A DNA stretch of 30,252 nucleotides from an uncultured Phycisphaerales bacterium (GTDB taxonomy: Bacteria; Planctomycetota; Phycisphaerae; Phycisphaerales; SM1A02), in assembly GCA_938084645.1 (NCBI GenBank), contig CALKEP010000083.1:1-30252 (forward strand). Direction: 5' to 3'. The notes under the pieces were generated by a model that saw only the letters and a program-made list of their open reading frames with translations, searched no databases and was not told the origin of the DNA. Shown piece by piece: positions 24,358 through 30,252 of the stretch (positions are counted from its first letter, which is position 1; the number at the start of each line of letters is the position of its first letter). Made by a program: the position numbers and the translations under genes.

Positions 24358-26520
24358 TCAACCATCGTTGGCCGATTCGGCCAGCCGCCGAGCCTCCATC
24401 GCCAATGACTCGAGGAGCGTCCGGTAACGAATCACGGCCGCATCGAGCGCCGCCTGGTCCCGATCCACGATCGCCTCCTGGAAGAGCGGCAGCACCACGG
24501 CCCCGTATCCGCTGTCCCGATTCGACGTGGCGAAGAGGTTCTGAAACCACGGACGACCCGGAAGCCCCTCCCCATCCGACCAGACCCGCTCGAGCCGGCG
24601 AAGGCCCTCGTTCACCCGACGACGCGTCGAGTCGGTCTCCACGATCTCGAGTGACGCGTCGACCGCCGCCAGCGCGACCGCGGCCTTCTCGAGTTCGGTT
24701 CGAATCGGTTCGAGATCGAGTCGAAGCCCCGCCTCGGCGGCCGCCGTCGCGATCCCGTCGAGACGACCGGCGAGGTCCTCGATGGTCGCGGTCGGCCGGA
24801 GCGGCAGCACCGGCGCGTCCGCGAGGTCGGCGACCAGCTGACCGCAGATCCGGGTGAGCATCAACGCACCGTCATAGTCTTCGCCGACGTTGGAGCGGTA
24901 CCACTCCAACGTGTCGTAGTTCGAGTGGTAGACGACACCCTCGGCGCCCCTCGCGGCGAGCGAGATGCTCGGGATGCAGAGATGACAGAGGAAGCCGACG
25001 TGATCGCTTCCCCCGCCGAGGTTCCCGGGCCGCGGCTTCGGACGATCGCCCCGCCAGATCTCCGTCACCGACGAGCCGGCACCACCCGGCTGCTCGACGC
25101 GATCCGCGGCGCGGATCACGGCGTCATGCAGGGACGGCGATGCGGAAGCGCGGAAGTTCGTCCCCATGGCCGCCATGTCGAGATTGACGTACGCGACGCC
25201 GTCCGCCCCGAGTCGCTCCCGGTGCGCCTCGCACCACTCCGTCGAACCGATGATCCCGAACTCCTCGGCGCCCCACGCGGCGAACACCACGGTGCGTCGC
25301 GGACGGATCCCCGCCTCGAGCGCCGTCGCGAAGGCACGGGCGGTCTCCATGAGCACGATCGTCCCCGCAAGCGGATCGGCGGCACCGAAACCCCACGCGT
25401 CATGGTGGCCTCCGACGATCACGACCTCCTCGGGCGTCTCCCGCCCGCGGATGGTCCCAAGCACGTTCGCGGTCTCCATGAGGAGGCGCTCCTGACGAAC
25501 TTCCAGTCGCAGTTCGAGGTCTCCCCCGTCGATGCGATAGGGGACGTCGAGGCCGCCTTTCCAGTCCTCGTCCTCGACCAACGGTCCTTTCATCGCGGCC
25601 ATGATCCGATTCGCGGCGGCGTATCCGATCGGCTGCACCGGGATGGTGGGCAGCGCGACGTCATCGACGGAGAGTCGCTCGGTCCCCTCGATCGCGGGCT
25701 CGAAGGGCGTCAGGGGGTCACCCTTGTAGGGCAAGGTCACGATCGATCCGCGTTGGATGCACGTCTCGTTCGCCCACCCTCCCTCCGGCCAGGTCGGGCC
25801 GCGGTCGTCGCCGGAATCGGCCGGGTCCGTGAACATCACCACCCCGGCGGCGTTCGCCGCCTCCGCGAAGCGGACCTTGAAGCCCCGGTAGTTCCCGCCG
25901 TAGCGGACCAGCACGATCCGACCCGTGCAGTCGATCCCAAGCTCGCGAAGCCGCGCGAAGTCCTCGGGACGCCCTCGATTCGCGTAGACCACGCCGGCCT
26001 CCACGAGACCGCTTCCCGAGTAGGCGTTCCATCCCCAGTCGAGCTCCGGATGACGGGTCGCCGGATCGGCGAGCAGTTCACGCTCCCGGAGGGGAAGCGA
26101 GACGACGCCGCGACGACGTCGATTCGATGGCCGGGCCTGATCCGCGACCGGCTCGGAATCACCCGACCCCGCGGTCGACGCTTCCTCGACGAAGGTGAGG
26201 CTCGCGGCGATCGGGCGACTGAGCAGAGGCTCGAACCGCCAGATCTCCGTCTCGAGCCCCATGCCCTCGAACGCCCCCGCGATCGCGGCGATGACCGCGG
26301 CATCGCCGGGCCCTCCCGCCACGTGCGGCTGGCCACCGAGCAGGTCGTGCCAGGCGCGAAGGCCCGCCGCGGTCGGTGTCTCGGCGACCGTCTCCAGCAG
26401 CCGCTCATCGATCGAGACCGGGTCGTCGGCGCTCCCGGTCGACGAGGTCGAGGTGGCGAACGAAATGGTCGAGACGAGGCCACCGAGGCTCAAGGCGATG
26501 AAGGTGCGAATGGCCGACAT
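24358..26520 (-). CDS. M28 family peptidase, glutamate carboxypeptidase II/transferrin-receptor-like (PA + M28 + TfR dimerisation domain)
   Basis: Signal-like N-terminus; PA domain (VVYANRGRPEDF, RYGGNYRGFKV); GHHDAW, AADPLAGT, WGAEEFG, YVNLD, GSDH, YHSNYD; C-terminal GLPGRPWF. SD GGAG before ATG 26520. Confidence 0.9.
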   Translation of the reverse strand: MSAIRTFIALSLGGLVSTISFATSTSSTGSADDPVSIDERLLETVAETPTAAGLRAWHDLLGGQPHVAGGPGDAAVIAAIAGAFEGMGLETEIWRFEPLLSRPIAASLTFVEEASTAGSGDSEPVADQARPSNRRRRGVVSLPLRERELLADPATRHPELDWGWNAYSGSGLVEAGVVYANRGRPEDFARLRELGIDCTGRIVLVRYGGNYRGFKVRFAEAANAAGVVMFTDPADSGDDRGPTWPEGGWANETCIQRGSIVTLPYKGDPLTPFEPAIEGTERLSVDDVALPTIPVQPIGYAAANRIMAAMKGPLVEDEDWKGGLDVPYRIDGGDLELRLEVRQERLLMETANVLGTIRGRETPEEVVIVGGHHDAWGFGAADPLAGTIVLMETARAFATALEAGIRPRRTVVFAAWGAEEFGIIGSTEWCEAHRERLGADGVAYVNLDMAAMGTNFRASASPSLHDAVIRAADRVEQPGGAGSSVTEIWRGDRPKPRPGNLGGGSDHVGFLCHLCIPSISLAARGAEGVVYHSNYDTLEWYRSNVGEDYDGALMLTRICGQLVADLADAPVLPLRPTATIEDLAGRLDGIATAAAEAGLRLDLEPIRTELEKAAVALAAVDASLEIVETDSTRRRVNEGLRRLERVWSDGEGLPGRPWFQNLFATSNRDSGYGAVVLPLFQEAIVDRDQAALDAAVIRYRTLLESLAMEARRLAESANDG

Positions 26521-26546
26521 GGAACACTCCAGGATGAGGACGAAGA

Positions 26547-27578
26547 TCAATGATGCGAGGAATTGGAATCGGTCGAACGAGGCGGTCGGACGTAGTCGGC
26601 GAAGAGGCGATCCAATCGCTCGACCGAATCGTCGATGCGTCGTGCATCGATCCGGCCGCTTCGCACGGCGTCCGCCAACGCATCGATCGCCCGGTGCTGG
26701 CGATCGGGAAGATGACAGCAGAGAAGCAGATCCACGCCGGCTTCGACCGTTCGGACCGCCGCTTCCCCGGTCTCGACCAGATCGGCGATCGCGGCCATTT
26801 CGAGGTCGTCGGAGATGACGACGCCCCGATATTCCATGGTCCTGCGGAGCAGGCCGTCGATCGCGGCCGGGCTCATGGTCGCGGGGACGCCCGGGTCGAG
26901 CGCCTCGAACACGACGTGCGTGGTCATGATCGCCGCGACCCCCGCGCGGATCGCGGCCGCGAAGGGCGGAAGTTCGATCGCTTCGAGACGTTCGAGATCA
27001 TGCCGGAGGACCGGCAGATCGTGGTGACTGTCGAGATCCGTGTCCCCGTGGCCCGGAAAGTGCTTCGCGCACGCTGCCACGCCCCCCGACTGCATCGACT
27101 CGATCAACGCGACCCCGCACGCCGCGACGATGTCCGGATCCTCGGAGAACGCTCGAGGGCCGATCACCGGATTCGCTGGATTGCTGTCGACGTCCATCAC
27201 CGGGGCCAGGTCGAGATCGATTCCGACCGGTCGCAGGTCCTCGGCGAGCCGTCGGCCGACCTCGCCCGCCGCCTGTACGCCCTCCAGACCGACCGACCGC
27301 ATCGGAAGTGGTGGGTCGAAGCCATCCGTGAATCGAACCGTCTCGCCACCCTCCTGGTCGACGCAGACGAGGATGGGATCGCCGACGGGATCGGGAGACA
27401 GTCTCTTGACCTGATCGATCGTCTTCGCGACCTCGCTTCGATCACCCGCATTCCGGGCGAAGAGGATCACGCTTCGTACGCCGCGATCGATCAGCGAGGC
27501 GAGTTCCCCGTCGGGCTCCCGGCCGGGGAAACCGACGCAGACCAGACGGGCCACGCGTGCTTCGAGTGGGTTCGACAT
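26547..27578 (-). CDS. nagZ: Beta-N-acetylhexosaminidase (GH3)
   Basis: ILFARN, VDQEGG, LAPVMDV, IGPRAF, KHFPGHGDTDLDSH (NagZ signature), ISDDLEM; single domain, no signal peptide. Confidence 0.92.
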   Translation of the reverse strand: MSNPLEARVARLVCVGFPGREPDGELASLIDRGVRSVILFARNAGDRSEVAKTIDQVKRLSPDPVGDPILVCVDQEGGETVRFTDGFDPPLPMRSVGLEGVQAAGEVGRRLAEDLRPVGIDLDLAPVMDVDSNPANPVIGPRAFSEDPDIVAACGVALIESMQSGGVAACAKHFPGHGDTDLDSHHDLPVLRHDLERLEAIELPPFAAAIRAGVAAIMTTHVVFEALDPGVPATMSPAAIDGLLRRTMEYRGVVISDDLEMAAIADLVETGEAAVRTVEAGVDLLLCCHLPDRQHRAIDALADAVRSGRIDARRIDDSVERLDRLFADYVRPPRSTDSNSSHH

Positions 27579-27587
27579 CGCGACCGC

Positions 27588-27593
27588 ATGCTA
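27588..27593 (-). promoter_or_regulatory. Putative -10 box (TAGCAT) just upstream of nagZ
   Basis: Minus strand TAGCAT-gcggtcgcg-ATG(27578): 9-nt spacer, no SD. Confidence 0.4.
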
Positions 27594-27661
27594 GCGGAAC
27601 CGCGACGTGGCTCATGCCGTCCTCGACGCCTGCGACCGGCGATCGGCGCGATGACGCCACC

Positions 27662-27700
27662 GAAAGCGATCGCCCGACCCCGCGAAGGATCGGGCGATCG
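27662..27700 (-). terminator. Probable terminator hairpin after the autotransporter gene
   Basis: 11-bp stem CGATCGCCCGA(27667-27677)/TCGGGCGATCG(27690-27700), followed on the minus strand by a short CTTTC; weak U tract. Confidence 0.55.
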
Positions 27701-27726
27701 GATGTCATGGACTGGAGGCGAATCGA

Positions 27727-30252
27727 TCAGAAACCGATCGAGACCCCGCCGAAGATCATGTTGCTGGAGAAGCCTTCGCCGCTGCGGCCTTCGTACTGAA
27801 TGCTCACGTTGACGTTGTAGGTCGGCGTCCAGACGACGCCGCCGCCGTAGTACGCGGTGTTCACGGCCTGGTCATCGAGATCGAAGCTCAGGTTCGTGCC
27901 CTGGTTCGCGAGGCTCACTCCGTAGTTGCCGTTGAAGTTGAAGTTGCCCTGCCAACCGAGCTCGCCGTCGAGCACGAGACCGGGAAGCGCGCTCCAGCTG
28001 AGACCACCACCGACTCGACCGATCACCGAACTGAGGTCGCCGGGGGAGATGTTGAGGGCCGCCGAGGAAGTCGTGTCCTCATTGATGTCGCCGGTGTTGA
28101 TGTACGAATACATGAACGAGGCTTCCGGCGTGATCGCCCAACCTTCGCTGAGCTCGAACCGGTAGCCGCCGCCCATCGTGAGATCCATCTGGAATCCACT
28201 GGCGTCGGAGTCCGCCGAGATCGAGGTGCCCGGGATGATTCGCGTGAACTTGTAGTTGTTCCAGCCACCAGCGATCGCGGCGTCGAAGAAGAGGCCTTCG
28301 CCGCTGCTCCAGGCGAGGAAGCCGCCACCGCGGACGGTGCTCACCCGGGTGTTGCCGAAGCCGCCGTCGAGGTCACCGGTGATCTGCGAGTAGCCGAGGT
28401 TGATGCCACCGAGGAAGCCGTTTCCGAACTGCCAGGCGAAGCCGCCCATGCCGCCGTACTCGTTGCCGGAGATCCCCTTGATGTCCTCGCCCTCGGTGGG
28501 CGTGCTCAGGTTTCGTCCCCAGAAGACGCCGAAGCCCTCCGCCGTGGCGGACTCGGGGGTCATGCGGCGAATCGAACTCTGCACCGCCTGGTCGTCGGAC
28601 GAGGTGTATTCGGTACCGCTCGAAAGTCGGAACGGTGCCGGCGTTCGCTGCTCGACGATGTCGTAGCGACGCTGGATCTCCTTGCGGAGCACGGTGAAGT
28701 ACTGCGTGTTGGCCGCGAGCTGGATCGTCGAGACCTGCGTGGTCGGTCCCACGCCGTCGATCGCGTTCTCGTACGCCTCGAGGCTGTCAAAGGTGTCGAG
28801 CGCACCGAGCAGGATGCCTGCATCGCTGGTGGGATCGAGGTTCGCCTCGGCCCGGAGGGAGTTCAGTTCGACGCCGCGGAGATACTCCGGCGTGCCTTCG
28901 AGCGGCGACGCGTAGTCCGCGGCCGATCGGGCCCAGAGCTGGGTGAGTGGATCGAAGCCGCCACCGTTGTCTTGGTTGATGTTCCAAGTCCGGGTGATCG
29001 ATTCGTCCTGATTGGTGGTGACCGTCGTGTCACCGATGATTCCACCCGGGCTGTTCAGAAGCAGGATGTCCTTGTCGTCCGGAATGTACGCGGCGTCCTG
29101 GACGTCGACGAACACGTTTCCACCATCGGCGAAGTCGCTCATGCCGCCCGCGACGTTGATCACCGAGGACTGGCCGTAGGTGCCGCCGGCGAGATCGTTG
29201 ACGTAGTCACCGGTCAGGTTGATCTGCAGACGGGCATCCGTCGAGTCGGAGTCGAGATCCCCACTGCTGAGGTTCAGGACGCCCCGGTTCTCGCCCACCA
29301 CGCCGACGAGTACGTCGCCCGCGTAGTTGATCGCCGAGGTGTCGATGTCCGCATTGGCGACCAGCGTCGAGCCCGCCTGCAGGTTGATGCCATTGGTCGC
29401 GGTCACGGTCGTCTGGTCGACGCCGTTGCCACTGAAGATCAGGGTCATCGGGTCGGTGCCGTCACCGATGGTCAGGATGTCGCCGACCGACAGGGTGGTG
29501 CCTGCTTCGAAGAAGCTGTCACGCGTGAGATCGAGGTTGCCGGTGACGCTGACGGCCGACTCGTCCTGCGCTTGGAGGATCGAGAAGGCGGCATCCGCGC
29601 CGACCGTGGCGCTGGCGGTACCGGACACGGTCAAGATGCCGTCACCGGTGACGGCGCCGGTCACGTCGAGGGTCGTCGCGTTGTTGAGAGAGATCGTTCC
29701 TGCGTTGTCGAGATCCCCGGTGAACGTCGCCGCCGAGTCGTCGTCGAGCAGCAGCCCGGAGTTCGCGACCATCGTGCTGTCGCCGGTCACCGAGAGGGTT
29801 CGCGAGCCGGCGAGTTGGATCTGCCCGCCATCGGTCATGTCCAACCCGTCACCAACGATGAGTCCGTCGGCTGACGTGCCACTGAGATCCACGAGACCGC
29901 CGACCGACATCTTTCCATCCACCTGGGCGATCGCGGTCTCCTCGAGCAGCATCTGCCCGTCGCCCGCGACCGTCAGGTCGCCGGCGAACGACGCACCCGA
30001 GTTGCCCGATGCGGTGAGGGATCCTCGAATCGTGGAATCGTCGACGGTCGAGTTTCCGAAGATCAGGTTGTAGGTCGCGAGCCGGTCGCCGGAGAGCGTG
30101 ATCACCCCGTCGATGCTGCCGGCATTGTCGAACTGGAGATTCGCGCCGTTCGTCGCGTCGGCGGTGATGTCGATCGTGGAGCCGCTCGCGAGGCCGACCT
30201 CGCCTTCACCGAGAAGGCGGGCGCTGGTTTCGAGCAGGAGCGTTCCACCCGT
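27727..30252 (-). CDS. Autotransporter (beta-helical passenger + outer-membrane beta-barrel); 5' end outside window
   Basis: Frame is open from 30252 to the stop at 27727. G/T/D/S/N-rich beta-strand repeats, helical linker, amphipathic barrel strands (GGINLGYS, GGGYRFEL..ITPEASFMYSY), terminal Phe (GGVSIGF). Confidence 0.88.
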   Translation of the reverse strand, partial: TGGTLLLETSARLLGEGEVGLASGSTIDITADATNGANLQFDNAGSIDGVITLSGDRLATYNLIFGNSTVDDSTIRGSLTASGNSGASFAGDLTVAGDGQMLLEETAIAQVDGKMSVGGLVDLSGTSADGLIVGDGLDMTDGGQIQLAGSRTLSVTGDSTMVANSGLLLDDDSAATFTGDLDNAGTISLNNATTLDVTGAVTGDGILTVSGTASATVGADAAFSILQAQDESAVSVTGNLDLTRDSFFEAGTTLSVGDILTIGDGTDPMTLIFSGNGVDQTTVTATNGINLQAGSTLVANADIDTSAINYAGDVLVGVVGENRGVLNLSSGDLDSDSTDARLQINLTGDYVNDLAGGTYGQSSVINVAGGMSDFADGGNVFVDVQDAAYIPDDKDILLLNSPGGIIGDTTVTTNQDESITRTWNINQDNGGGFDPLTQLWARSAADYASPLEGTPEYLRGVELNSLRAEANLDPTSDAGILLGALDTFDSLEAYENAIDGVGPTTQVSTIQLAANTQYFTVLRKEIQRRYDIVEQRTPAPFRLSSGTEYTSSDDQAVQSSIRRMTPESATAEGFGVFWGRNLSTPTEGEDIKGISGNEYGGMGGFAWQFGNGFLGGINLGYSQITGDLDGGFGNTRVSTVRGGGFLAWSSGEGLFFDAAIAGGWNNYKFTRIIPGTSISADSDASGFQMDLTMGGGYRFELSEGWAITPEASFMYSYINTGDINEDTTSSAALNISPGDLSSVIGRVGGGLSWSALPGLVLDGELGWQGNFNFNGNYGVSLANQGTNLSFDLDDQAVNTAYYGGGVVWTPTYNVNVSIQYEGRSGEGFSSNMIFGGVSIGF

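Noticed and set aside
1..30252. CRISPR array, tRNA, rRNA, IS elements
   Set aside because: No regularly spaced direct repeats, cloverleaf/T-loop signatures or transposase motifs seen; intergenic gaps are all under about 300 nt.

Overview
GC-rich (about two-thirds G+C by eye), gene-dense bacterial chromosomal window. It is most likely Planctomycetota, class Phycisphaerae; this is inferred from the Xis-type HTH+REC regulator, the HTH/acidic/2-TM protein and the dockerin-like tail on a secreted dehydrogenase. Twenty CDSs are supported: PIN-PhoH (runs off the left end), Nif3/YqfO, RND permease + adaptor, gatC-gatA, an unknown lipoprotein, a 7TM-HD (PgpH-like) phosphodiesterase, mutY, a membrane-anchored HTH protein, psd, and a long minus-strand run. 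That run comprises an autotransporter (runs off the right end), nagZ, an M28 peptidase, a PQQ/GSDH-type dehydrogenase, a DUF1573-like lipoprotein, an atypical metallophosphoesterase, tsaB, an HTH-REC regulator, an HDOD histidine kinase and a pseudo-receiver/GAF protein. I saw no rRNA, tRNA, CRISPR or mobile element. The most notable signals are: (i) recurrent TANNNT -10 boxes 6-7 nt before start codons, suggesting leaderless mRNAs; (ii) an apparent ATC start behind a strong SD for the PgpH-like gene; (iii) an all-cytoplasmic three-gene signalling module; (iv) a candidate DNA-membrane tether protein. All family calls come from motif recognition; no database search was run.
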